Of a DNA stretch of 64,000 bases, positions 10,950 through 20,467 are shown in pieces; the first letter of the stretch is position 1, and each line of letters starts with the position of its first letter. The stretch spans positions 800,001 to 864,000 of the forward strand of contig CAWDFP010000006.1 of the NCBI GenBank assembly GCA_963801605.1. Reading direction: 5' to 3'. The notes under the pieces were generated by a model. The model saw nothing but the letters and a program-made list of their open reading frames with translations. It was not told the DNA's origin and searched no databases. Origin of the DNA: an uncultured candidate division Zixibacteria bacterium (lineage in GTDB: Bacteria > Zixibacteria > MSB-5A5 > UBA10806). The translations under genes and the position numbers were made by a program.

Positions 10950-11203
10950 CTTTTATTAATTTCGCGCACCATCAAACGGATCAAGATTGCATCGTTTGTT
11001 AAATCATTTTTTTTCATTTGTCGCAGAACTGATTTTTCGTACAGAAGCGCCAAATTCGATTAATTCAGGCATTCACAAGCCAATCGAATTTTCAAAATCA
11101 ATATAATATCAATCTTAATACGTGCAATAGTAAATTGTACTATGAGAAATGGGCAAGCCCATTAATTAGAATATCAGAGAGGAGACTTAAAACTATTTAA
11201 GGA

Positions 11204-11659
11204 TTATCTACCGTAGATATCAAGAAGCTGAAGTCTGGTGGAATCGAGACGTTCAGCCATTATTTCGGTAAATACCTGCATCATTTTATATCCGAGATTG
11301 TGGTCTGTTTCGCATTTTGAACGAAGGCATTTGCCGTCGAGCGCTATAAGCCGGGTTTGTTCGCTGGTACGGGCATCAAATCGCCACTTAAAAGGAGGGA
11401 CAAACCATGACCATCCCAAAACATCACCTTCGGTGCATGTTTGGATACATATCGGACCCTGCCAGGGCGAAAAGACTTCTACGATTACCCGTCCATGGCG
11501 GATGACATAAAAAGCGTCGGCTTCAGCCCCTTCCCGGAAGATATATTGTTCGGGATTAAATACCTGATTAGAAGCGCATCCCACTAAAAGATTTATCTCG
11601 GCATCATTGAAATTCTTAAATACCGGGTGAGCGGCGATGATTGGTTCAATTGTCTCCAT
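11204..11659 (-). CDS. Stand-alone cyclic nucleotide-binding (Crp-type cNMP) domain protein
   Basis: 151 aa; IFREG...FYVIRHGRV...GDVLGWS pattern; no HTH domain. Confidence 0.85.
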   Translation of the reverse strand: METIEPIIAAHPVFKNFNDAEINLLVGCASNQVFNPEQYIFREGAEADAFYVIRHGRVIVEVFSPWQGPICIQTCTEGDVLGWSWFVPPFKWRFDARTSEQTRLIALDGKCLRSKCETDHNLGYKMMQVFTEIMAERLDSTRLQLLDIYGR

Positions 11660-11965
11660 AATTTCACTCCTTTTGAGCCGTCATAAAGCCTCAGATTAAT
11701 TGGCTTGACTCATGATCATATTTTGGAATTGCGCCTGACCATTGAATATATAATAATAAATACTATTATTATGTAAAGAGGAATTTGGTGTTTTTTATGG
11801 ATTAATCCAATAATATTTGCTGGGACCAGATAACGGGACCCACCCTTACCGTTTGTGTCGCAAGAGGATAGGGACGGTAGGGCTACTTGGTATATCCAAA
11901 ATTATGGGGCATCAGAGATGGCCGTCCCGGCAAATTATGATGATTACAATATTCTTTTTAGGCGC

Positions 11966-12646
11966 TTATAAACTGGCCTTAGGATGAAACTCCTCTGTGC
12001 GATGTCTTGCTATGACCCCATCAACCATGTAAATAACATCTTCGGAGATATTGGTGGCATGATCGGCGATACGCTCCAAATATCTTGAAACCGAAAGGTA
12101 AGGTATTAGCGCATCCACATGTTCGGGATGAGCTTTTATCGCATTCTTAACCAGATCATACATTTCCCGATTTATGGCATCGACCTCATCATCAGCGGCA
12201 ATAACATGACTGGCTATGGACGTATCAAACTTGACCAGCGAATCAAGGCTATTTCGCAGCATCCAGCTTGTTTTTTCGGCCAGCCCTGGAAGATCAAATG
12301 GTATCCTGACGTTCGGTTGTGAAGTTATAAATTTTACCCTTTCGGCAATATTCACTGCCAAATCCCCGATGCGTTCCAGGTCGTTATTAATCTTTAAAAC
12401 TGCAATGATGAAACGCAAATCAATTGCCACAGGCTGATGGAGCGCCAATATTTTAAGGCAATTTTCCTCGAGGTTTACCTCGGCCTGGTCAATTTCAAAA
12501 TCCGATTTAACCACCTTTTCGGCCAAAGTGGAATCTCTATCGTCAATAGCTCGAACGGCTATCTGAACGCTGTTTTCTACCAGGGCGCCCAGGCTGAGTA
12601 TCTCCTTTTTTAACTTATCTATTTCTCGTTGCAGATGCTGTGCCAT
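11966..12646 (-). CDS. phoU: Phosphate signalling complex protein PhoU
   Basis: QPVAIDLR, DLERIGDLAVNIAE and YLERIADHATNI motifs; last gene of the pst operon. Confidence 0.95.
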   Translation of the reverse strand: MAQHLQREIDKLKKEILSLGALVENSVQIAVRAIDDRDSTLAEKVVKSDFEIDQAEVNLEENCLKILALHQPVAIDLRFIIAVLKINNDLERIGDLAVNIAERVKFITSQPNVRIPFDLPGLAEKTSWMLRNSLDSLVKFDTSIASHVIAADDEVDAINREMYDLVKNAIKAHPEHVDALIPYLSVSRYLERIADHATNISEDVIYMVDGVIARHRTEEFHPKASL

Positions 12647-12659
12647 AATAAGCTACCTT

Positions 12660-13494
12660 TCATCCAAAGCGGCCGGTAATATAATCCTCGGTGCGCTTTA
12701 TTTGGGGCTTTGTAAATATCTGTTTGGTTGGCCCGAACTCGATTAAATGACCCTCATAGAAAAAGGCGGTATAATCCGAAATGCGGGCGGCCTGCTGCAT
12801 ATTGTGAGTTACGATAACAATTGTATAGTTTTTCCTTAGCTCTCCGATCAGGTCCTCAATTTTAGACGTTGAAATCGGGTCCAGCGCCGATGCGGGCTCA
12901 TCCATTAACAGAACCTCGGGACGGACCGCCAGAGCGCGTGCGATACAAAGTCTCTGCTGCTGGCCTCCCGAAAGCATATAGGCGCTATCGTCAAGCTTAT
13001 CTTTGACTTCTTCCCACAGAAAGGCTCTTTTGAGTGTTTCCTCGACAGCCTCCGCTATGATATTTTTATCGGTAATACCATTTACCTTAAGGCCGTAGGC
13101 GACATTTTCGAAGATCGATTTTGGAAAGGGGTTTGATTTTTGAAAGACCATACCCACGCGGGTCCGAACCGTGGAAACATCCTTAATATCTTTATAAATA
13201 TTCTATGTCATCGAGCTGTACCGTCCCCTCAAGCCGGGTACCGGGAATCGTTTCATTCATACGGTTAAGCGTGCGAAGAAATGTCGATTTGCCACAGCCC
13301 GAAGGACCGATCAAGGCGCTGACTTTGTTCTCTTCGATATCTAAAGATATATCGATAAGCGCCCGGAAAGAGCCGTAATAAAAATTTAATTCTCTGGCGA
13401 TCATCTTATATGGCCTGTCGCGGTTTGTTTCGGGCATCACAATTTCCGTTCCAGAATCGGATATTTTATTTGCTGTTCGATCATCAACTCGCAC
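12660..13494 (-). CDS. pstB: Phosphate ABC transporter ATPase PstB (split by one extra base near 13203)
   Basis: Walker [10 protein letters not shown] in 13192-13494; LSGGQQQR and DEPASALDP in 12660-13157. Removing one base joins them as [24 protein letters not shown]. Confidence 0.9.
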
Positions 13495-14440
13495 GATTTT
13501 TCCTCATTTTCGATCTGATAAAAATAGCTACAATATTCAACAGAAATGTCAGTATCAATAAAACCAAAACTGTACCATATAGAATCGGCTTGGTCTTTTC
13601 CACGTCCGGCGACTGGGTGGCCATGACATATACGTGGTATCCAAGCTGCATAAACTGATCATTCAGCCTGTGGGGAAGATATGATAAATAATACGCTACT
13701 CCTGTAAACATGATAGGAGCCACGTCTCCGGCTCCGCGGCTTATCGCCAGAATTCCACCGGTTAGTATGCCCGGCAATGCCTGCGGTAAAATAACTCGCC
13801 AGATTGTTTGCAGTTTGGTGGCGCCCAAAGCATAACTCGCTTCTTTCAATTCTCGTGGAATTGTCCGCAGCGCTTCTTCGGTAGAGACAATTACCACAGG
13901 AAGAGTTAGAAGCGCCATCGTTAGAGCGGCCCAGATTAACGCCGGCTGTCCCCAGGCCAATTGGCCGGAATGATAGAATGTCTTATCTATTCCGGCTCCT
14001 ATGAAGCCCACAAAGAAACCCAGGCCGAACAATCCGAATACGATCGATGGTACGCCCGCCAGGTTATTTACGCCGATTCGTATTAATTTCGTGATCTTTG
14101 AATCCGGCCGGGTATATTCCTGTAAATAAATGGCCGTTAATACTCCGATTGGCACTCCAAAGATAACCATTAAAATCACCAGGGCTACGGTCCCAAAGAT
14201 GGCCGGGAAAATGCCGCCAGCTGTCATTCCCTGTTCCGGCGCCTGGGTCAGGAATTTCCAGGAGATAGTGCCTGCGCCGTTAACAACGATGTTTATTATT
14301 ATAATGGCAAGTATTGTCAAAATTATAATTACTGCCAGAAGTGTCAGGCCTATTGGAATTATCCCTCGGGATTTGGGTTTCAAATGAAGCGCACTCACTT
14401 CCGAAACATTGAGCAAAGTTTGATTATAATCCTTAGTCAT
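13484..14440 (-). CDS. pstA: Phosphate ABC transporter permease PstA
   Basis: [16 protein letters not shown] loop [10 protein letters not shown]; operon position. Confidence 0.95.
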   Translation of the reverse strand: MTKDYNQTLLNVSEVSALHLKPKSRGIIPIGLTLLAVIIILTILAIIIINIVVNGAGTISWKFLTQAPEQGMTAGGIFPAIFGTVALVILMVIFGVPIGVLTAIYLQEYTRPDSKITKLIRIGVNNLAGVPSIVFGLFGLGFFVGFIGAGIDKTFYHSGQLAWGQPALIWAALTMALLTLPVVIVSTEEALRTIPRELKEASYALGATKLQTIWRVILPQALPGILTGGILAISRGAGDVAPIMFTGVAYYLSYLPHRLNDQFMQLGYHVYVMATQSPDVEKTKPILYGTVLVLLILTFLLNIVAIFIRSKMRKNRAS

Positions 14441-15396
14441 CTGGTCTTGCCCTGGAATTTGTCCTTTAGTTTCGATAAAATTAATTCGCCGCCGAGATTA
14501 ATAATAAAAGTAAAAACAAACAAGAGCGCCCCTATGAAAAACAGGACGTTATAATGGGCGCTTCCAAAAACTACTTCAGCCAGTTCAGCGGCTATGGTTG
14601 CGGAGAGCGTCCTGATAGAATCGGTAAAACTGGCGGACGTTATTGCTGCGTTTCCTGACGCCATCAAAACTATCATTGTCTCTCCGATAGCCCGTCCGAA
14701 TCCAAGTACAATTCCGGCCGCGATTCCCGGCAGAGCCGCCGGTAGTACCATCGTAAACGAAACTTGCCAGGGATTAGCCCCCAGAGCCATGGCGGCTTCT
14801 CTAAGGGATTTAGGCACGGCAGTCATAGCATCCTCGGCCAGCGTAAAAATGATCGGGATGACCGCTATTCCTAATGCTATACCGGCATTGATAGCATTGA
14901 GTCTATATGTGAAGTTGAATAGTTTTTGAAGAATGGATGCTAGAACAATCAATGCAAAAAAGCCCAGGACGACCGATGGAATACCCGCCAGAAGTTCGAT
15001 TGTGGGTTTAATTATCTCTCGCATTCTTTTTGATGCGAACTCCGCCGAATAAATCGCAGCTCCAACTCCTAAGGGAATTGCAAATAGCATCGCAATTAAC
15101 GCGGCCTTGAGTGTCCCCAGGAAGAGCGGCAATAAGGAATATTTGGGCACATCTGAGTTGGGTTGCCAGGAATATTTGGGTTCATGACCGGCATAATACT
15201 GCTGTTTTAAAAAAAGCTTTGATAGGCTGGCCTCGTTTTGAACTTTGGCGCTGGTAAATATCGGTAACGATTCTTTAAATATAAAAATAAATATTAGCAG
15301 AATTACTATTAACGCTGTAAAGGCGCTCATCGCGATAATCTTCTCGCCCAGCAGTTCTTTTATTTTCGATTTTGGCTTAAATTCGTATTTATTCAT
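14437..15396 (-). CDS. pstC: Phosphate ABC transporter permease PstC
   Basis: LAGIPSVVLG, REAAMALGA and GRAIGETM motifs. Confidence 0.95.
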   Translation of the reverse strand: MNKYEFKPKSKIKELLGEKIIAMSAFTALIVILLIFIFIFKESLPIFTSAKVQNEASLSKLFLKQQYYAGHEPKYSWQPNSDVPKYSLLPLFLGTLKAALIAMLFAIPLGVGAAIYSAEFASKRMREIIKPTIELLAGIPSVVLGFFALIVLASILQKLFNFTYRLNAINAGIALGIAVIPIIFTLAEDAMTAVPKSLREAAMALGANPWQVSFTMVLPAALPGIAAGIVLGFGRAIGETMIVLMASGNAAITSASFTDSIRTLSATIAAELAEVVFGSAHYNVLFFIGALLFVFTFIINLGGELILSKLKDKFQGKTR

Positions 15397-15461
15397 TATG
15401 CCTTCAAACGGCTATGGGCGAGGCATAGTTCCTCGCCCAACGTAATAGCCATGGAGGGGGG

Positions 15462-16311
15462 TTATTTAATCTGATTTTTTTCAGCCACTTCTTTGGGAAG
15501 CGGAACGTAATCAGTTTCCTGAGCGATTTTTTGCCCTTCCGGGGAAAGTGACCAGTTTAATAGATCCTTGACTGCGCCCTTAGGTGTGCCGTTAGTGAAC
15601 CAGTAAAGTTCGCGCGAAATAGGGTATGTATTATTGGTCACCGTCTCATTACTTGGAATTATGGCAGTTGATTTATCATCGTTTTTAACCGCCACATATT
15701 TAACTCCTTTGCCCCAGGCCAGACCGCCGTAACCGATGCCGAATTTATCGTTAGCAACAGCGTTAACTACTGCAGCGGTGCCGGGCAAAGTCTGGGTAGC
15801 TTCGGCGTAATCCTCATTGGTGAGTACCTTTCTCCTTAAAATAGGCGTAGGTGCCGGAGCTATTTTCGCGGCCGTATAAAATAATAGTGTGAGACTGTCC
15901 TCCGACCTCTTTCCAATTGGTGATTGAACCGGTATAGATTCCTTTTAGTTGAGCTAATGTCAACTCCTTAACGGGATTTGCTTCGTTCAGAAAGACTGCA
16001 ATACCATCTAAAGCTACAGATACTCGATAAGCAGCGTTTCCCTTAGCCTTAACATCATCGTATTCCTGCGGTTTCATGTCTCGCGAGGCTTCGCAGATAT
16101 CTGTGGTGCCGTTAATTAGCGCGGCGATACCGGTTCCCGATCCTCCTCCTGAGACCTGAATGACAACGTCCGGATGGATTTTCATGTATTCTTCTGCCCA
16201 GCGCTGGCCCAATCTCACCATCGTATCGGATCCCTTAACAGTGATGGTATTTGCTGCCATTGTCAAGCCCGGCAGTAGCATTGCCAGGGCGATTATCATT
16301 AGTTTCCTCAT
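15462..16311 (-). CDS. pstS: Phosphate-binding protein PstS (split by one extra base near 15829)
   Basis: GSDTM, GGGSGTG, RENSSGT in the 5' part and YPISR in the 3' part; one-base removal gives FKEK-VLTNEDYAEATQTLPG. Confidence 0.9.
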
Positions 16312-16339
16312 ATAAATCTCCTTATTTAATTCGTGAATG

Positions 16340-17464
16340 TTAAAACTTGAATTCAGTATTTACAAACAAAAACTTTTGAGGGTCTGTATTGGGGGCCTGG
16401 AAGCTTGTTTGCTTATAGCCAATTGAACCCCTTACACCCTTAACGGGCAGACATTCGAGTCCGCCGACAACCATGGTGTTGCCGTCTTTGTCGATCTTGG
16501 TATTGGGATCATATTGATCGACTCTGACATAAAGAACCAATGTTCTGAATATCGAAGATGATGGGACTACTCCGTTTAAGTATAGATTCCCCCAAAATGA
16601 AAGTCCCTTTTGCTTAATGGCAGTTACTCCGGGTCCCTGACCAAATGACCTGAAATTCAAATCGAAATCAACGTCAACCCATTTTTGATAAGCAAGTTTA
16701 CCGCCAATTGATACTATCTGGTTTTTCCAATCGGAGGCGGTGACTGGAGATACAATCGCCTTGTTCTGCGTGCCGGAATAGAATTGGGCGAATAGTGTGG
16801 TTTGGTCGAAATCCGCGTTGTTGAATAGAGGATTTATTTTAGCCGCTAAGTTCAAATCCTTATTACTATTGTTTTCTACCACATCGCTATATTTGGTGCC
16901 ATTGAAGACTCCCAATTCCAATTCACCAAGTTTTCCCTGAGGACCAATGGTGCCGACAGCGGCTGCTGCAAAATCGGATGTCGATAGCCAGCCGTTCTGA
17001 TCAATAACCATTTTGGCGACGTAACGGCGCATCCAGGCAGTTTCTGCATAGTTAAGATATGGCGTAGGCTGAAGGCCCAGGCGAAGCTTAAGATAATTGG
17101 CGATCGGCTTAATTTTCCATTCGGCATAAGCGTATTTAAGGATTATGGGGAATCCGCTATAGGCGGAAAGAGATGGCACCGTCACGGTATCGCCGGCGGA
17201 GTCAATGACCTTGGTGGAGGATGTGAGAAATCGCTCCGGCCGGATATCGAAAGTAATTCGCATGAATGTGTAATCGGAAAGCTTCGACTCGGCTCCCAGA
17301 TAGGCTCGGTCGATTGTAAAGGCGTTAGCGTTTTTTGCCCCCTTACTCTGATTCATCATCCAGTCTGCGTAAATTGTTCCCTTAATTGATGTCTCAGCCG
17401 CAAATGCCGAGGTTGCAAGCGCGAGAACAAGGATAATGTTGAAAATTTTGAGGGTTCTTGTCAT
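16340..17464 (-). CDS. Outer-membrane beta-barrel porin, probably phosphate-selective
   Basis: Signal peptide, IDRAYL and LKYAYAEW strands, C-terminal Phe; first gene of the pst operon. Confidence 0.7.
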   Translation of the reverse strand: MTRTLKIFNIILVLALATSAFAAETSIKGTIYADWMMNQSKGAKNANAFTIDRAYLGAESKLSDYTFMRITFDIRPERFLTSSTKVIDSAGDTVTVPSLSAYSGFPIILKYAYAEWKIKPIANYLKLRLGLQPTPYLNYAETAWMRRYVAKMVIDQNGWLSTSDFAAAAVGTIGPQGKLGELELGVFNGTKYSDVVENNSNKDLNLAAKINPLFNNADFDQTTLFAQFYSGTQNKAIVSPVTASDWKNQIVSIGGKLAYQKWVDVDFDLNFRSFGQGPGVTAIKQKGLSFWGNLYLNGVVPSSSIFRTLVLYVRVDQYDPNTKIDKDGNTMVVGGLECLPVKGVRGSIGYKQTSFQAPNTDPQKFLFVNTEFKF

Positions 17465-17552
17465 TACGTCTCCCTGTTTTGTGTTTTAACAGTTTACCTA
17501 TTCAAATGCATATGCAAACCACTATGCTTTGCCCTTTTAATACTTTTGAATT

Positions 17553-17777
17553 GTTAGGGAATTATTATTATCAAGTTAGAAAAGCATGAATTCGGCTATG
17601 TCTTTTATACAAGTAACTCTTTCGATTGGAATATCAAATGTAAGGAATTGCATCTGACTTCCTTTCATGTCTGAATTTTTTTACTTAACTGAGATCTTTT
17701 AAGTAAAATACGTTTCTTGACAACAAATTAAAATTTGCCATTAAGGCTAAATTAGCCATTCATTCAATTATGATTAG
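17553..17777 (-). promoter_or_regulatory. Two Pho-box-like arrays of 11-bp-spaced direct repeats
   Basis: Minus-strand CTAAC/ATAAT/CTAAC at 17579, 17568, 17557 and CTAAT/TGAAT/CTAAT/TTAAT at 17777, 17766, 17755, 17744, upstream of the porin-pst operon. Confidence 0.6.
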
Positions 17778-17789
17778 TTTTAATGAAAA

Positions 17790-19550
17790 TTAATCGGCTG
17801 TTGGGAGATGAATAATAAAGGTGCTTCCTTTATCCGGAGAGCTTTCGACGGTGATATTCCCGTGGTGAGCCAAGACGATATGCTTAACGATCGAAAGGCC
17901 CAGGCCGGTACCGCCCAATTCCCTGCTTCTGGCCTTATCGACAGTATAAAAGCGTTCGAACAAGCGGGGCAGATGCTTCTTTTCTATCCCGATTCCCCAA
18001 TCTTGAACGCGGATAATCACTTCCGATTTTACACTTAGGGCGAACAGGTCAACTTTGCCGCCCTCATCGCTATATTTAATGGCATTATCCAGCAGATTAA
18101 CTATAGCCTGCCGCAAAAGCTCGGAATTGATATCGGCCTTAATATCATCATCACAATTCAGCGCGACCGTAATCCTTTTTTCTTTGGCTTTTAATGCGCA
18201 AGTGGCTATGGCTTCGAGAAGAACCGCTTTTAATTCGTTTTTTTCGAGGCGCATTTGCGATTTTTCGGTTTCCTCAATTTGCGAAAGTGTTAAGAGGTCC
18301 GTAATTATCGAATTAAGCCTGTCCGCTTGCTTGGCGATGATAACCAGAAAACGTTCAGTATCTTCAGGGTTAGCGACTGCGCCTTCCTGGAGCGTTTCGA
18401 CAAATCCTTTTATTGATGTTATCGGTGTGCGCAATTCGTGAGATACATTAGCTACAAAATCGCGGCGCATTTTTTCCAGATGACGCAGCCTGGTTATATC
18501 ATTTAGTACCACCAAAACACCGAGATTCCGACTCTTATCGTCCCGAAGGATAGTACCATGCATTTGCAGTATTTGACCGTTAGCGCCCTCGATCTCAATT
18601 TCATCAAGCTCTTTATTTTCCAATATACGAGTCACTAATTTTTGAAGATCAACATACCTGGTAATTTCCTGAACGAAGTGTCCCCTGGCCTGCTCTTTAT
18701 CTATACTGAGCATCTTTGAGGCTGCTAAATTGAGGCTGACTAAACGTTCATTGGAATCAAAAGCCAGCACACCTTCAACCATGCTGGAAAGTACGGCATC
18801 GAGTTCATTGCGTTGGCCTAACACAGTCCGAATTTTATCATCAAGTTCCGCCGCCATCTGGTTCATTGCTATCGCAAGCTCATCGATTTCGATAGTATTC
18901 CCGAGCGGCACCTTATGGCCAAATTCGCCTCTGGAGTAATTCACCGCGATCCGCCTGATCCGATCCAAAGGAATACTAATGCGGCGAGATAAATAATAAC
19001 TAAAAATACCAGACAGCAACGCTATGATTAATCCCCCAAGAATAATTCTCGGATACAATTGAGCGAAGGCATGATCGATGGCATTGATCGGCAAGGCGGC
19101 TCGAACAACTCCCGCAGTTTTGCCATTCTGAAATATCGGGATTGCCACATACATCATTGTTTCTGATAGAGTGTGGCTGTATCTCGTAGAGACGCCCATC
19201 TGGCCCGAGAGCGCCTCTATTACTTCCGGCCGGTTGGCATGGTTTTCCATTCCAGATGGATTATTATCCGTATCGCCTATTACTTTTCCCGATGGAAGAA
19301 TAACAGTAAAACGCGTGCCGCTATCTTTTCCTAATGTTTTGCAGAGCAAATCTACATTGGATGAATCGAGACTCCCGGGAATTAGCAGGTCTTTCAGGAG
19401 AGTTGACCTCGCTCTCAGATCGTCCGAAGTTTCATTCAGATAAAGGCGTTTCATCGAGCCGGCCATAAACAAAGTGACGGCCGCGATTGCCAATACGATG
19501 ACAATCACGTAGGAAAAAAACAACCGCCATATCAACCGGCGCTTAACCAT
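17790..19550 (-). CDS. phoR: Phosphate regulon sensor histidine kinase PhoR
   Basis: TM-HAMP-PAS-HisKA (DFVANVSHELRTP)-HATPase (RSRELGGTGLGL); adjacent to phoB and pst. Confidence 0.92.
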   Translation of the reverse strand: MVKRRLIWRLFFSYVIVIVLAIAAVTLFMAGSMKRLYLNETSDDLRARSTLLKDLLIPGSLDSSNVDLLCKTLGKDSGTRFTVILPSGKVIGDTDNNPSGMENHANRPEVIEALSGQMGVSTRYSHTLSETMMYVAIPIFQNGKTAGVVRAALPINAIDHAFAQLYPRIILGGLIIALLSGIFSYYLSRRISIPLDRIRRIAVNYSRGEFGHKVPLGNTIEIDELAIAMNQMAAELDDKIRTVLGQRNELDAVLSSMVEGVLAFDSNERLVSLNLAASKMLSIDKEQARGHFVQEITRYVDLQKLVTRILENKELDEIEIEGANGQILQMHGTILRDDKSRNLGVLVVLNDITRLRHLEKMRRDFVANVSHELRTPITSIKGFVETLQEGAVANPEDTERFLVIIAKQADRLNSIITDLLTLSQIEETEKSQMRLEKNELKAVLLEAIATCALKAKEKRITVALNCDDDIKADINSELLRQAIVNLLDNAIKYSDEGGKVDLFALSVKSEVIIRVQDWGIGIEKKHLPRLFERFYTVDKARSRELGGTGLGLSIVKHIVLAHHGNITVESSPDKGSTFIIHLPTAD

Positions 19551-19553
19551 AAG

Positions 19554-20255
19554 CTAATTTTCTGTTTCCTTATCGGAGAAACGATAGCCCACGCCCCTTA
19601 TTGTTTCTATTAGGTCTCCGTAGGAGCCAAGTTTCTTTCTGAGTCCGGCAATTTGCACGTCGACAGAGCGATCGGTCACCGGATAATCATCCCCCTTAAC
19701 AGCATTTACTATCTGGTAACGGGTAAATACCCAACCGGGACGGCCGGCAAGAAAATGGAGAAGTTCAAACTCAGCGAAAGTTAAATCAAGCAACTTATTA
19801 TTTATGCGAACTTCTCGTTTTCCGGGATGAATTGTCAGATCATTTACTCGGATGGAGGTTTCCTTATCAGCATGAATCTTATTTTTACGGCGCAGTATTG
19901 ATCTTATGCGAGCGATCAGAATCCGCGGGCTGAAAGGTTTAACGATATAATCTTCAGCTCCAAGCTCCAATCCAAGTACGATATCTGTTTCCTCACCTTT
20001 GGCGGTTACCATTATTATGGGAATGCCCGCCAGCGACGGGTCTGCCTTAAGAATCCTGCAGATTTCCAATCCATCAATGCCGGGAAGCATTAGATCAAGA
20101 AGAATTAGGTCAAATTTAGTTGATTTGACAGCTTCGAGCGCATCTTCTCCGTTGGACGCCGTCGCAATTTGATAATGTTCTTTTTGAAGATTATATTTTA
20201 TTAGTTCCATGATATCTTTATCATCTTCTACAACTAACAAGCTCTCGCCAGACAT
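19554..20255 (-). CDS. phoB: OmpR/PhoB-family response regulator
   Basis: Receiver domain plus winged helix (RSVDVQI...ETIRGVGY); directly upstream of phoR. Confidence 0.9.
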   Translation of the reverse strand: MSGESLLVVEDDKDIMELIKYNLQKEHYQIATASNGEDALEAVKSTKFDLILLDLMLPGIDGLEICRILKADPSLAGIPIIMVTAKGEETDIVLGLELGAEDYIVKPFSPRILIARIRSILRRKNKIHADKETSIRVNDLTIHPGKREVRINNKLLDLTFAEFELLHFLAGRPGWVFTRYQIVNAVKGDDYPVTDRSVDVQIAGLRKKLGSYGDLIETIRGVGYRFSDKETEN

Positions 20256-20396
20256 TGCACACCCACTTAATCAGGTTTTTAGATATAGATTCATATTTTC
20301 GTATATATTTATCATAAATCTGCAAAGAATATACTAAAATTTATTGTCAGGATTTCGAATTATTTTGAAATTTCGGTGAATGAATTGCCGTCCCTG

Positions 20397-20432
20397 AAAA
20401 AAAGAAGAGGGCAGCTTTCGTAAGCTGCCCTC
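20397..20432 (-). terminator. Intrinsic terminator of the C25 gene
   Basis: GAGGGCAGCT/AGCTGCCCTC hairpin followed by a T-rich run on the minus strand. Confidence 0.8.
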
Positions 20433-20467
20433 CAATTGCTAAAAGGCAAAAAGCCCGAATACCCGAG

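Noticed and set aside
11835..11930. GC-rich hairpins between the cNMP gene and phoU
   Set aside because: CCTTACCGT/ACGGTAGGG and GGGACGG/CCGTCCC pairings are short and mutually exclusive; could be a terminator or repeat remnant, not supportable as a feature.
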